A stretch of DNA of 64,000 bases from an uncultured Clostridia bacterium (GCA_934167755.1 CAKPLT010000009.1:369-64368); one strand, 5' to 3'; counted from the stretch's first letter, positions 8,695-18,948 are shown. Notes: generated by a model from the letters alone, not told the origin. Made by a program: numbers and translations.

Positions 8695-9516
8695 ATGAAA
8701 AAAGCATCAAATATTATTACAATAATTGCATTAATTTTAATAATTGCATTAATAGGAGGAGTATCTTATGGATACTATAAAAAAACAACAATGAAAGTTA
8801 AAAACCCAATAGTTACAATGGAAGTTCAAGATTTTGGTACAATTAAACTTGAACTATACCCAGAAATGGCACCACAAACAGTATCAAATTTTGTTACACT
8901 TGCACAAAATGGATTTTATGATGGTTTAAAATTTCATAGAGTTGTAAAAGGATTTATGATACAAGGTGGAGATTCAAATGGAGATGGAACAGGTTCTCCA
9001 AAACTTAGTAATTTAGGAATAACTGATAAAGAAGATAGAGATTATTGTATTAAAGGAGAATTTCTAGCAAATGGTTATAAAAAAAATACTTTAAAACATA
9101 CAGAGGGAGTTATATCAATGGCAAGAGCTGATTATACTCAAAGTTATTCACAATCATTAACAACAGAAAGCTATAACTCAGCAGGTTCACAATTCTTTAT
9201 AATGACAGCAGATAATTCATCACTAGATACTTATTATGCAGCATTTGGAAAAGTAATTGAAGGTATGGATATAGTTCATAATATAGAAAAAGTTGAAGTT
9301 AAAGAAGCTGAATCTGGAGAGGATTCAAGCAGTTCTAGTAGTGAGTCAACAGAAACAAAAGAAAAAAGTACACCAGTTAATGATGTTATAATTTCTAAAG
9401 TTACAGTTGAAACTTATGGTGTAGATTACGGAAAACCAGATACACTAGAAACATGGAATTATTATGATTGGATTTATAAAACATATGGAATTAATTTAAA
9501 TCAAAGTAGTAAATAA
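8695..9516 (+). CDS. membrane-anchored cyclophilin-type peptidyl-prolyl isomerase
   Basis: N-terminal TM helix, FHRVVKGFMIQGGD and GSQFFI motifs, and a Ser/Glu-rich insert. Confidence 0.85.
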   Translation: MKKASNIITIIALILIIALIGGVSYGYYKKTTMKVKNPIVTMEVQDFGTIKLELYPEMAPQTVSNFVTLAQNGFYDGLKFHRVVKGFMIQGGDSNGDGTGSPKLSNLGITDKEDRDYCIKGEFLANGYKKNTLKHTEGVISMARADYTQSYSQSLTTESYNSAGSQFFIMTADNSSLDTYYAAFGKVIEGMDIVHNIEKVEVKEAESGEDSSSSSSESTETKEKSTPVNDVIISKVTVETYGVDYGKPDTLETWNYYDWIYKTYGINLNQSSK

Positions 9517-9682
9517 AAAATGATGATTTTGAGGATACAGATTTTGATAATGACTTTTCAGAGGTAAATGAAGAGAAAATGCCAGAAGAGACAGAAAAAA
9601 CAGAAGAAGTTACAAAATCTGAAAGTGTAGAAAAAGCAGAAGACTCAGAATCAACAGAAAATTTAAAGTAGTTTATTCAAAA

Positions 9683-9715
9683 AACCTGTTAGACAATGTC
9701 TAGCAGGTTTTCTTT
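9683..9715 (+). terminator. rho-independent terminator
   Basis: AACCTGTTAGACA / TCTAGCAGGTT stem plus a T-run. Confidence 0.5.
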
Positions 9716-9736
9716 AATAAAACAAATAAGAAAAAT

Positions 9737-9760
9737 AAAAAAACGACGATGTCGTTTTTT
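9737..9760 (-). terminator. rpsT terminator
   Basis: AAAAAACGAC-GAT-GTCGTTTTTT symmetric hairpin immediately after the rpsT stop. Confidence 0.55.
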
Positions 9761-9762
9761 AT

Positions 9763-10029
9763 TTATGCCATAGCGGCATTTAATTTTTTTGATAAGCTAG
9801 ATTTTTTTCTAGAAGCAGTGTTTTTTACAATTACACCTTTTGTGCAAGCTTGATCAATTTTTTTAGTAGCTTCAGAAAATAGAACCTTAGCTTCTTCTAA
9901 ATTACCTGCAACAATAGCTTCTTCAAATTTCTTAACAGCTGATTTATAACCAGTTTTTATCATATTATTTTCTAATGTTTTTTTCTCAATAATTTTAACT
10001 CTTTTTTTAGCTGATTTTATATTTGGCAT
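9763..10029 (-). CDS. rpsT: 30S ribosomal protein S20
   Basis: MPNIKSAKKRVK.. preceded by GGAGGTG. The 25 extra N-terminal codons of the track ORF are unlikely to be translated. Confidence 0.9.
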   Translation of the reverse strand: MPNIKSAKKRVKIIEKKTLENNMIKTGYKSAVKKFEEAIVAGNLEEAKVLFSEATKKIDQACTKGVIVKNTASRKKSSLSKKLNAAMA

Positions 10030-10255
10030 ATGTGATGCACCTCCTCTTAGTAAATAATAAACTATAACGCATAACATTATATCATACAAGTTTTGATTTG
10101 ACAAGTCCTAATAAGAAAATTTTTACAAAAACAATTTATGTTAATTTTTGTTGACAAAATTCCTACTAAAATTGCTTGAAAACTTAAAGATGTTTTTGTA
10201 AAATATAATTATAGAATGCAAATTTATTGCAAATAAAATAAAAGGAGAAAGTAAA

Positions 10256-11083
10256 ATGAAATTTAATGAAAAATTAATTGAATTAAGAAGGAAAGAAGGA
10301 TTATCACAAGAAGAACTTGGATACAAGTTAAATGTTACAAGACAAACTGTATCCAAATGGGAACTAGGGCAAACAACACCAGAAATGGACAAACTGATAG
10401 AATTAGGTAAAATATTTAATGTCAGTGTAGATAATTTAATAAATAATTCAGAAATATCAAAAAATAAAACTACACAAATAGAAGATGAACCAATAATAAA
10501 TACAGAGAATAGTAAAAAAGAAAAGAACATCAAAACAATAATAATTGTTATTTTTGTAGTTATCATAATATCAATAATAGTAAGATTAACTACCATTTTA
10601 TCAATATTTAATAAAACAACAAGTTCACAAAGTAATGCAGAAAATATGTTTAAAAATATTTTTGATACAGCACTAAATATTATAAATAAAGCAGCTGATA
10701 ATATGGAACAAACAGATAATGAAATAAATATTGAAACAAATAAAGACACAAATGAAATGAATAATGAAATTAACAATGTGTATAATCAATTTAAAGAAGA
10801 AGAAAATAAAAGGGAGAATGAGCAGGACATAAGAAATTTCAATTTTTACTTTAGTAATGGAACAAATAATGGATTTTTTGTAAAAAGTACTTTAGATAAA
10901 ATAATTACAAGTAATAAGACAAATGAGAGAAAAATAACATTAAAATATAATGGTGTAGAAACACAAGACTCAGATGTGATTAAAGAAACAAAGAAAAAAA
11001 TTGATGATAGAAAAAATTATGAAATTTCTTTAGACTATGATAGTGAGGGATACATAAATTTAATAACAATTGAAGATTTATAA
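10256..11083 (+). CDS. membrane-anchored XRE-family HTH regulator
   Basis: N-terminal HTH LSQEELGYKLNVTRQTVSKWELGQ, a central TM helix and an Asn/Glu-rich extracytoplasmic part. Confidence 0.75.
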   Translation: MKFNEKLIELRRKEGLSQEELGYKLNVTRQTVSKWELGQTTPEMDKLIELGKIFNVSVDNLINNSEISKNKTTQIEDEPIINTENSKKEKNIKTIIIVIFVVIIISIIVRLTTILSIFNKTTSSQSNAENMFKNIFDTALNIINKAADNMEQTDNEINIETNKDTNEMNNEINNVYNQFKEEENKRENEQDIRNFNFYFSNGTNNGFFVKSTLDKIITSNKTNERKITLKYNGVETQDSDVIKETKKKIDDRKNYEISLDYDSEGYINLITIEDL

Positions 11084-11098
11084 AAATAGGAGCATAAA

Positions 11099-11635
11099 AT
11101 GATAATATTAATTATAATAGCAATATTACTAATCATTATATTAAGTAAGTATAATAGTTTAGTAAAAGCAAGAAACAAAGTGAAACAAGCTGAATCTGGT
11201 ATAGATGTATATCTAAATCAAAGATTTGATTTAATCCCCAATTTAGTAGAATGTGTAAAAGCATATTCTAAATATGAACAAAGTATATTTACAGAAATAG
11301 CAGATTTAAGGTCTAACTATATAAAAGAAACAAAAAATATAAAAAGTGCAGAAAAATTAAACAATAAGATGAATCAACTTATAGCAGTATCAGAAAATTA
11401 TCCAGATTTAAAAGCAGATGAACAATATTTGAATTTACAAAAAACATTAACTAAATTAGAAAGTCAATTACAGGCAGCAAGAAGAATATATAATTTAGAA
11501 GTTACAGAATATAACAATAAAATAGATGTAATTCCTTCTAATATAGTGGCTGGATTATTTGGATTTAAACATGCTCAATTATTTGAAATTGAAGAATATA
11601 AAAAAGAAAATATTAATATGAAATTTGAGGATTAA
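11099..11635 (+). CDS. lemA: LemA family protein
   Basis: N-terminal TM helix and the conserved RRIYNLEVTEYNNKIDVIPSNIVA region. Confidence 0.85.
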   Translation: MIILIIIAILLIIILSKYNSLVKARNKVKQAESGIDVYLNQRFDLIPNLVECVKAYSKYEQSIFTEIADLRSNYIKETKNIKSAEKLNNKMNQLIAVSENYPDLKADEQYLNLQKTLTKLESQLQAARRIYNLEVTEYNNKIDVIPSNIVAGLFGFKHAQLFEIEEYKKENINMKFED

Positions 11636-11639
11636 TTAA

Positions 11640-12593
11640 ATGAAAACAATTGAGGAAATTTATAATAAATTACAAAATGAAAAAGAAGTTAAAGAATTAA
11701 ATGAAGAGTGGAAAGAATTAACTAAAAATAGAAAAAAACAGCTTAAAATTACTACAATAGTAAGTGTAATACTAGACATATTTATAATAATTTTTTTTGG
11801 AAAAACTATGATATCAAATTTAATGATTTTATTACTAGTAATAGCAATTTTAGACATTATGATTTTTGTTATTGTAACAATAATTTCGCAAATAACGCCA
11901 AAACAATTAAATTTTAATAAAAAATATAAAGATATAGTAGTAAAAAGCATTATCAATAATTTTTACAATAACTCAGAATATTTTCCAGATAAACCTATGC
12001 CAGAATATATTTATAAAAATAATGGGTATGAATTTTATAATAGATATAAATCAAAAGAATATTTTGAAGCGCAAATAAATAATAAATATGGTATTCAAAT
12101 GGCAGAAGTAGAAACTACAAAAGAAGTGGAGCGTACAAATTCTAAAGGAGAAAAAGAAATAGAAAATGTAAGAGTATTTAATGGATTATTTGCTAAAATT
12201 GTAATAGATAAATCAATAAATTCAGAACTAAAAGTAATGCAAGATAAATTATTTAAACTTTACAAAGATAGAGTAAGTATGGACTCAAGTGAATTTGAAA
12301 AATATTTCGATGTAAAAGCTTCTGATTCAATAATAGCAATGCAGCTATTGACTGCAGATGTTATGGAGGAACTAGTAAAATGTGAAAACAATACAAATAT
12401 GAAGTATGATATAACCATAAGAAATAATGAAATATATTTAAGATTTCATTCTGGAACTATGTCATTTAATATGGAGGAATTAAAAGATGGAGTATTAGAT
12501 AAAAATGTAATACACAGATATTTTTATACATTAAATTTTACTTATAATTTAGCAAATAAATTGATTGATACGATAAATGATACACAAATATAA
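11640..12593 (+). CDS. DUF3137-like membrane protein (usual LemA neighbour)
   Basis: Two TM helices followed by a globular domain. It starts 4 nt after lemA. The family assignment is from memory. Confidence 0.55.
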   Translation: MKTIEEIYNKLQNEKEVKELNEEWKELTKNRKKQLKITTIVSVILDIFIIIFFGKTMISNLMILLLVIAILDIMIFVIVTIISQITPKQLNFNKKYKDIVVKSIINNFYNNSEYFPDKPMPEYIYKNNGYEFYNRYKSKEYFEAQINNKYGIQMAEVETTKEVERTNSKGEKEIENVRVFNGLFAKIVIDKSINSELKVMQDKLFKLYKDRVSMDSSEFEKYFDVKASDSIIAMQLLTADVMEELVKCENNTNMKYDITIRNNEIYLRFHSGTMSFNMEELKDGVLDKNVIHRYFYTLNFTYNLANKLIDTINDTQI

Positions 12594-12660
12594 CCAGAGA
12601 AAAATAGTTTCTAAGAAATTAGAATCTATTTTTTTATATAATAGAAAAGTTTTACTTTCC

Positions 12661-12761
12661 TATTATATAAAAGCTACAATTGTTAACCCTTTGAGATTTT
12701 CTCCTTATAGTCGAAAACTCAAATCGGGCAAGAACAAAGGGCAACTATGTTGCTTTGTTCT
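12661..12761 (+). repeat. B-family intergenic repeat, full 101-nt copy
   Basis: 92/101 identical to 60697-60797. Two hairpins: TTTGAG-A-TTTTC/GAAAACTCAAA and GAACAAA..GCAAC/GTTGC..TTTGTTC. Confidence 0.65.
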
Positions 12762-12867
12762 ACACAGTAACTTTTTTAGTATCAAAATATTGCACTTGTA
12801 GGGATATTATGTTATATTAATATAGGCAGGATAGAACTGCAGAACATATGAAAGGAAAGTGATATAA

Positions 12868-13314
12868 ATGATAGCTATAGGTAGTGATCATGGAGGATAC
12901 AAATTAAAAGAAGAAATAAAAAAATATTTAGAAGAAAAAGAAATTGAATATATAGACTGTGGAACATTTAATAAAGAAAGTGTAGATTATCCTGAAATAG
13001 CAAAAACAGTAGCATTAGAAATTCAAAATAAAGAATGTGATAAAGGAATATTAATATGTCGTTCAGGAATAGGAATGAGCATTGTTGGAAATAAATTTAA
13101 AGGAATAAGATGTGCAAAATGTAATGATGAAGAAGAAGCAAAATACTCAAGAATGCATAATGATGCAAATGTATTAGCACTAGGTGCAGACTATATAGAT
13201 ACAAGTAAAGCAATAAGAATTGTTAGAATGTGGCTTGCGACAGAATTTGAAGGTGGAAGACATACAGAAAGGATAAAAATAATAGATGAGATAGAAAACG
13301 AAAATATGAAATAA
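12868..13314 (+). CDS. rpiB: ribose-5-phosphate isomerase B
   Basis: MIAIGSDHGGYKLKEEI and CRSGIGMSI motifs; 148 aa. Confidence 0.9.
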   Translation: MIAIGSDHGGYKLKEEIKKYLEEKEIEYIDCGTFNKESVDYPEIAKTVALEIQNKECDKGILICRSGIGMSIVGNKFKGIRCAKCNDEEEAKYSRMHNDANVLALGADYIDTSKAIRIVRMWLATEFEGGRHTERIKIIDEIENENMK

Positions 13315-13330
13315 TGGAGGCCAAGTAGAT

Positions 13331-14431
13331 ATGTGGGGAAATATAGCAATAGCATTTATATTAGCATTTATAGTATCTTTTATGGCAACACCATATACTA
13401 TAAAAATAGCTAATAAAATTGGTGCAGTAGATGTGCCAAAAGACAAAAGAAGAATGCATACTAAAAAAATGCCTAAATTTGGTGGACCAGCAGTAATATT
13501 AGGTTTTTTAGTATCAATGATATATTTACTAATAATAATGAGTGTAGAAGGAAGTATAGATTTATTTTCTGAACAAGAATATGGAAAAAAATTATTAGGT
13601 TTAATGCTTGGAATAGTAGCAATTGGAATTACAGGAGTTCTTGACGATACAAAAACATTGAAATGGTGGCAACAATTACTAGGACAAGTTATTGCAGCAG
13701 TAATTGTAGTATCATTTGGTATAAGAATTGAACATTTAGATATACCTTTTCTATATAGAGTAGGATTAAATGATATGTTTTCCACAATTGTTACGATAAT
13801 GTGGATAGTTGGTGTTACAAATGCGATAAATTTGATTGATGGGTTAGATGGATTATCATCAGGAATATCATTAATATCATGTATATCATTATTAATAATA
13901 TTTTTAATGAATAATTCGCCAATGATTGCAACAGTATTAGTAACTGCATTAAGTGGTGCATTAGTAGGTTTCTTACCATTTAATTTTTCACCTGCAAAAA
14001 CATTTATTGGAGATACAGGTTCAAACTTTTTAGGATTTATGTTGGCTGTGGTTTCAATATTAGGAGTTGCAAAAACATATACAGCAGCAGTAATAGTTTT
14101 ACCTGTAATTGTTTTGGGATTACCAATATTTGATGTAATATTTGCAATTATTAGAAGAATTATAAAAGGAAAATCAATAAAAGCTGTATTCAAACCAGAC
14201 AAAGGACATTTACACCATAAATTAGTTGCAAAAGGATTCACACAAAAACAAGCTGTATTGATTTTATATGGATTAAGTGCTTCACTTGGAATGTTTGCAA
14301 TAATTTTATTTGACAGTGGAATTTGGAAAGCATTATCATTTTTATTAATGATAATTGCTGCAATTGCAATAGGATATAGAAATTTTATAAAAGAGAAAGA
14401 AAGTAAACCTAAATTAATTGATAATAAATAA
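13331..14431 (+). CDS. tagO: glycosyltransferase family 4 (MraY/WecA/TagO-type UDP-GlcNAc:undecaprenyl-P transferase)
   Basis: Polytopic, with the NAINLIDGLDGL motif. Confidence 0.8.
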   Translation: MWGNIAIAFILAFIVSFMATPYTIKIANKIGAVDVPKDKRRMHTKKMPKFGGPAVILGFLVSMIYLLIIMSVEGSIDLFSEQEYGKKLLGLMLGIVAIGITGVLDDTKTLKWWQQLLGQVIAAVIVVSFGIRIEHLDIPFLYRVGLNDMFSTIVTIMWIVGVTNAINLIDGLDGLSSGISLISCISLLIIFLMNNSPMIATVLVTALSGALVGFLPFNFSPAKTFIGDTGSNFLGFMLAVVSILGVAKTYTAAVIVLPVIVLGLPIFDVIFAIIRRIIKGKSIKAVFKPDKGHLHHKLVAKGFTQKQAVLILYGLSASLGMFAIILFDSGIWKALSFLLMIIAAIAIGYRNFIKEKESKPKLIDNK

Positions 14432-14442
14432 AGGGGTAGAAA

Positions 14443-14958
14443 ATGAAAAATAAGAAGAAAAATAAAAGCAATACATTAAAAGAATTTAAAGAATTTGCAT
14501 TAAAAGGAAATGTTATGGATATGGCAATAGGTGTTGTAATAGGTGGTGCATTTCAAAAAATAGTAAATTCATTAGTAAATGATATAATAATGCCAGCAAT
14601 ATCAATACTTATTGGAAAAGTTGATTTTTCAGATATGGTATTAAATGTTGGGGATGCATCCATAAAATATGGTAATTTTATTACAACAATAGTTGACTTT
14701 TTGATAATAGCATTTTCAATTTTCATTGCAATAAAATATATGACTAAATTAAGCAAGATAAAAGATATTAGTGAAGAAATGGCAATTAAATTGGACAAGA
14801 ATGGAAATGTAAAAGAATATATTGAGGGAAAAAAGAAAGAAGAAGTAAAAGAACCAGAAACAAAGATATGTCCATATTGTTTAACAGAGATAAAATATCA
14901 TGCAACAAGATGTCCTAATTGTACATCAGAGTTAGTTAAAGAAAAAGAAGAAGTTTAG
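14443..14958 (+). CDS. mscL: large-conductance mechanosensitive channel MscL with a C-terminal zinc-ribbon extension
   Basis: [26 protein letters not shown]-terminus and two TM helices, plus an extra tail CPYC..(13)..CPNC. Confidence 0.85.
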   Translation: MKNKKKNKSNTLKEFKEFALKGNVMDMAIGVVIGGAFQKIVNSLVNDIIMPAISILIGKVDFSDMVLNVGDASIKYGNFITTIVDFLIIAFSIFIAIKYMTKLSKIKDISEEMAIKLDKNGNVKEYIEGKKKEEVKEPETKICPYCLTEIKYHATRCPNCTSELVKEKEEV

Positions 14959-14970
14959 GAAGGAGCAAAA

Positions 14971-15855
14971 ATGAAAGACCAAATAATAAAATTTTTAGCA
15001 CACAATGGAAAAATATCAGTAGCTTGTTGTTCAACAACAAATTTAGTAGAAGAAGCAAGAAAGTTACATGATTTAAGTCCACTTGCAACAGCAGCAATAG
15101 GAAGAGTTTTAACAATAACAGCATTAATTGGTTCAGAAATGAAAAACAAAACAGATAAATTAACAATTCAAATAAAAGGAAATGGACCAATAGGCAAAAT
15201 AGTAGCAGTATCAAATAATTCTTCACATGTAAAAGCATGTATAACAAATCCACATGCAGATTTACCATTAAATGAATTTGGAAAATTAGATGTAGGTGGT
15301 GCAATAGGAAATCAAGGTTTTATAAATGTAATAAAAGATATTGGATTAAAAGAACCATATATAGGAATAAGTCCATTAACATCAGGAGAAATAGCAGAGG
15401 ACTTTGCAAATTATTTTCAAACATCAGAACAAAAGCAAACTGCAGTTGCACTTGGAGTTTTAGTAGATAAAGATGGAGTTCGTTCAAGTGGTGGGTATAT
15501 AATAACACCAATGCCAGATGCAACAGAAGAAGAGATATCAAAAGTAGAGCAATCAATATTTAAAGCGGGAGCAATCTCAAAGATGTTAGATAATAAATTA
15601 AGTTTAGAGGAAATTGCTCAAAAAGTAACAGGAGATGAAAATGTACAAATTATTGATACATCAATAGAGCCTGAATATGAATGTAAATGTAGCAAAGAAA
15701 AATTTGCAGATGGATTAATGACACTTGGAAATGAACAATTATCTGAATTAATAGAAGAAGATGGAAAAGCAGAAATTCAATGTCAATTTTGTAACAAAAA
15801 ATATAATTTTAATAAAGAAGAATTAGAAGAAATTTTAATAAGAATTAAAAAATAA
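14971..15855 (+). CDS. hslO: Hsp33 redox-regulated chaperone
   Basis: 294 aa with the C-terminal zinc centre CKCSKEKF..CQFCNKKY. Confidence 0.9.
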   Translation: MKDQIIKFLAHNGKISVACCSTTNLVEEARKLHDLSPLATAAIGRVLTITALIGSEMKNKTDKLTIQIKGNGPIGKIVAVSNNSSHVKACITNPHADLPLNEFGKLDVGGAIGNQGFINVIKDIGLKEPYIGISPLTSGEIAEDFANYFQTSEQKQTAVALGVLVDKDGVRSSGGYIITPMPDATEEEISKVEQSIFKAGAISKMLDNKLSLEEIAQKVTGDENVQIIDTSIEPEYECKCSKEKFADGLMTLGNEQLSELIEEDGKAEIQCQFCNKKYNFNKEELEEILIRIKK

Positions 15856-15871
15856 AAAGGAGAAGATAAAA

Positions 15872-16789
15872 ATGGAAAAAATAATAGTATTTGGACATAA
15901 AAGCCCTGACACAGACACAATTTGCTCAAGTTTAGTAATGGCAGATTTACAAACAAAAATAAGAGGAGAAGAAGTAGTCGCTTGCAGATTAGGAGAATTA
16001 AATGAAGAGACAAAATATGCATTAAAACATTTTGATATAGAAACACCAAAATACATAGAAAGTGTAGAAGAAGGACAAAGAGTTATGCTAGTAGATCATA
16101 ACGAATTTTCTCAATCAGTAGAAGGAATAGAAAAAGCGAAAATAGAAGCGGTTGTAGATCATCATAGAATAAATAATTTTGAAACATCAGAACCATTATT
16201 CTATTATGCACAACCAGTAGGATGCACTGCTACGATATTATTTGAATTATATAAAACAAATAATATCGAAATAGAAGCAAAAATTGCTGGATTAATGTTA
16301 AGCAGTATAATTTCAGATACATTATTATTAAAATCACCAACAACAACTGAAAAAGATAAAAAAGCTCTTGCTGAACTTGCAAAAATAGCAGATGTTGATG
16401 TTGAAAATTATGGATTAGAAATGCTTAAAGCAGGTACAAATCTTGATAAATATACAGAAGACGAATTAATTAGATTAGATGCTAAAAAAATAGAAAAAGA
16501 AGATATTAAATATGTTATTGCACAAGTAAATACTGTAAGTATTCCAGATGTTCTAAAAAGAAAAGCAAAAATCGAACAAGAAATCAATAAAGAAATATTA
16601 GCAAAAGGATTGAGCTTATTTGTATTTGTTATAACAGATATAGTAAATAGTAATTCAGAAGCTATAGTTTTAGGTGACAGAACAGATGCAATTTCAAAAA
16701 CATATGAAATTAAAGATAATATAGCTGTTATGCCAGGTGTTGTTTCAAGAAAGAAACAAATATTACCATTAATTGAAAAAAATATATAA
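15872..16789 (+). CDS. ppaC: manganese-dependent inorganic pyrophosphatase (family II, DHH)
   Basis: GHKSPDTDT, VDHNE and VDHHR motifs. Confidence 0.9.
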   Translation: MEKIIVFGHKSPDTDTICSSLVMADLQTKIRGEEVVACRLGELNEETKYALKHFDIETPKYIESVEEGQRVMLVDHNEFSQSVEGIEKAKIEAVVDHHRINNFETSEPLFYYAQPVGCTATILFELYKTNNIEIEAKIAGLMLSSIISDTLLLKSPTTTEKDKKALAELAKIADVDVENYGLEMLKAGTNLDKYTEDELIRLDAKKIEKEDIKYVIAQVNTVSIPDVLKRKAKIEQEINKEILAKGLSLFVFVITDIVNSNSEAIVLGDRTDAISKTYEIKDNIAVMPGVVSRKKQILPLIEKNI

Positions 16790-16797
16790 AATAATTA

Positions 16798-16826
16798 GAA
16801 GTTAAGATATTCTTAGCTTCTTTTTC
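16798..16826 (+). terminator. rho-independent terminator
   Basis: GAAGTTAAGA / TCTTAGCTTC stem (one G-U pair) plus TTTTT. Confidence 0.5.
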
Positions 16827-16920
16827 GTCATTTTGGCTGTTTCAAAGTTCATAATTGACGATTATGGAAAAAGATGATATAATAAAAAGAATGATTAGAG
16901 AAAGGAGAGTCACCATAAAA

Positions 16921-17811
16921 ATGGTGAAGTTTTATATGGAAAAAGAATATAGATTTTCTGTGATTGTAAGTGCATTTAATGTTGAACAATATATTGAAAG
17001 AGCAATAAACAGTATACTAGACCAAGATTTCAAAAATTATGAAGTAATTGTTATAGATGACAAATCAACAGATGGAACATTAGATAAAATATTAAAATAT
17101 GATGGAAAAATAAATATAATAAAAAATAGTATTAATAAAGGTTTAGGTGGAGTTAGAAATATTGGAATAGAAAATGCAAAAGGAGAATATATTGTGCATT
17201 TAGATGGAGATGATACATTATATAGTACATCAACACTTAAAAAAATCGATAAAACAATTAGTGATAATAAACCTGATATAGCATTTTTTGGATTTCAAGA
17301 ATTAAATGGAAATAATGACAGATTAAGAATAGCAACTAAAGAAAATTCAACTAAAGAAGCAAGATTAATGTGTGATGCTGCTTTTTCTGTGCCAAGCAAA
17401 TGCTGGAGAAGAGAATTTTTAATAAAAAACAATATCAAATTTATTGAGAATGTATATTATGAAGATATGATATATTCAATGAAAGCAGTAACATTAGCAA
17501 ATGAAACAACATATGGGGAATTTCCAATATTTAATTATTATAAAAATAGAGGGGGAAGTATAATGACAACTCCATCTATTCGTAGATGTACAGATATGTA
17601 TAAAATGTTAGCTTATTTAATGGAAATATATGAAGAAGCACCAGAACATTTAAAACCATATGTTTTAAGCTTTATTCTAAATGAAACAAAGAGTTTGCCA
17701 TTAAAAATAAAGGGGATTTTAAGTGCAATAAATAACAAAGAAAATTCACCTATTTTTCCAAAGAGAGAGTACAAATTTACAGATATAAAAGATATTGAAG
17801 GAGAACTATAA
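16921..17811 (+). CDS. family 2 glycosyltransferase
   Basis: FSVIVSAFNVEQYIERAINSILDQ, DDKSTDGT and DGDD motifs. The start is uncertain (TTG 16855, ATG 16864, 16921 or 16936). Confidence 0.8.
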   Translation: MVKFYMEKEYRFSVIVSAFNVEQYIERAINSILDQDFKNYEVIVIDDKSTDGTLDKILKYDGKINIIKNSINKGLGGVRNIGIENAKGEYIVHLDGDDTLYSTSTLKKIDKTISDNKPDIAFFGFQELNGNNDRLRIATKENSTKEARLMCDAAFSVPSKCWRREFLIKNNIKFIENVYYEDMIYSMKAVTLANETTYGEFPIFNYYKNRGGSIMTTPSIRRCTDMYKMLAYLMEIYEEAPEHLKPYVLSFILNETKSLPLKIKGILSAINNKENSPIFPKREYKFTDIKDIEGEL

Positions 17812-18857
17812 TGAAAAAAATAGCGTTAGTAGCTGATGTTGAAAATTGGGCATTTGATATAGCTGCACATATTATAAAAGATTCATTATCAGATAAATAT
17901 CAAATAGATATATATTATTCTAAATCCAATGAATTTAATAAAGATTTATTTTTAATTTTAGAAAAATTAAAAGATTATGATTTAATACATTTTTTTTGGA
18001 GAGCAATATTATTAGACTTTAAAAAAGAAGAATTTAAACAAAGAGTTATAGAAAAGTATGGAAATTATGAAGAATATAAAAAAAATATGGTAGAAAAAAT
18101 TTCAACAGGAGTATATGATCATTTATATGAAGATGATATAGAATTTAATAAAAAATTTACTAATTATTGTAAAGAGTATGTAGTAAGCTCACAAAAGTTA
18201 TTTGATATATATAGTGATTTTAATAGAATAAAAGAACCTAAAGCGATTCTTGGAGATAGCTTTGAGAAAAGTAAATTTTATCCTTTAAATATGCAAAGAT
18301 TTGAAAATATAGAAAAATTAGTTATTGGATGGGTGGGAAACTCTGCTTGGAACGAAAATCAAAAAGATGAGAACGGTAAAATTATTGATTTTAAAGGATT
18401 CCATACAGTATTAGAGCCAGTAATAGAAGAATTAAAAAAAGAGGGATATAATATAGAACTAAAATGTGCAGATAAAGCAGTAAAGCAAATTGACAATAAA
18501 GATATGTGTAGTTATTATTCTAGTATTCATATTTACATTTGTGTATCTTATGAAGAAGGAACTCCAAAACCATTATTAGAAGCAATGGGATGTGGTGTTC
18601 CTATTATAACTACAAATGTTGGAGTAGCTTTACAAGCTTTAGGGATAGAACAAAGTAAGTACATAATAGGAGAAAGACTTATAGGAGAAAATGAAGAAAT
18701 AATAAGAAAGAGATTGAAAGACAAGATAAAATATTTATATTTTAATAAGGATGTCCTAAAAATACTTTCTAAAGAAAATTATGAACAATCCGCCAAATAT
18801 GAAATTACTAATATGAAAGAAAATTATATTAATTATTATGAGCAATTCATGAAATAA
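17811..18857 (+). CDS. GT-B (family 1/4-like) glycosyltransferase
   Basis: C-terminal EGTPKPLLEAMGCGVPIITT motif. The start overlaps the stop of the GT2 gene. Confidence 0.7.
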   Translation: MKKIALVADVENWAFDIAAHIIKDSLSDKYQIDIYYSKSNEFNKDLFLILEKLKDYDLIHFFWRAILLDFKKEEFKQRVIEKYGNYEEYKKNMVEKISTGVYDHLYEDDIEFNKKFTNYCKEYVVSSQKLFDIYSDFNRIKEPKAILGDSFEKSKFYPLNMQRFENIEKLVIGWVGNSAWNENQKDENGKIIDFKGFHTVLEPVIEELKKEGYNIELKCADKAVKQIDNKDMCSYYSSIHIYICVSYEEGTPKPLLEAMGCGVPIITTNVGVALQALGIEQSKYIIGERLIGENEEIIRKRLKDKIKYLYFNKDVLKILSKENYEQSAKYEITNMKENYINYYEQFMK

Positions 18858-18882
18858 AAGTCAAAAATAATTGACTTTTTTT
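18858..18882 (+). terminator. rho-independent terminator
   Basis: AAGTCAA / TTGACTT stem plus a T-run. Confidence 0.45.
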
Positions 18883-18948
18883 AAATTTAAGTATATACTC
18901 TTACAAGTAAAGAATAAAATATAAAGAGGTCAGTTTGGACTTCAAGAA

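Noticed and set aside
9519-9669. Acidic open frame (NDDFEDTDFDNDFSEVNEEKMPEETEKTEEV..) just after the PPIase stop, in a different frame.
   Set aside because: It has no start codon with an RBS at its 5' end. It could be a frameshifted remnant of a longer tail, but there is no supporting evidence. It is noted only as a place to check the reads.
12577-12801. 74-aa ORF running through the B-family repeat.
   Set aside because: It has no RBS and overlaps the end of the upstream gene. The repeat copies sit in different contexts, so conservation is at the nucleotide or structure level, not coding.
13180-14241. Long antisense ORFs in the track (e.g. 13180..14241, 10141..10776, 30087..30674, 61184..61861, 33300..33884, 40062..40685 and the many 60-130-aa minus-strand ORFs).
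   Set aside because: Each lies opposite a gene with clear family motifs. Their products are low-complexity (Leu/Ile/Phe/Ser-rich), as expected from reading AT-rich coding DNA backwards. None has an RBS.
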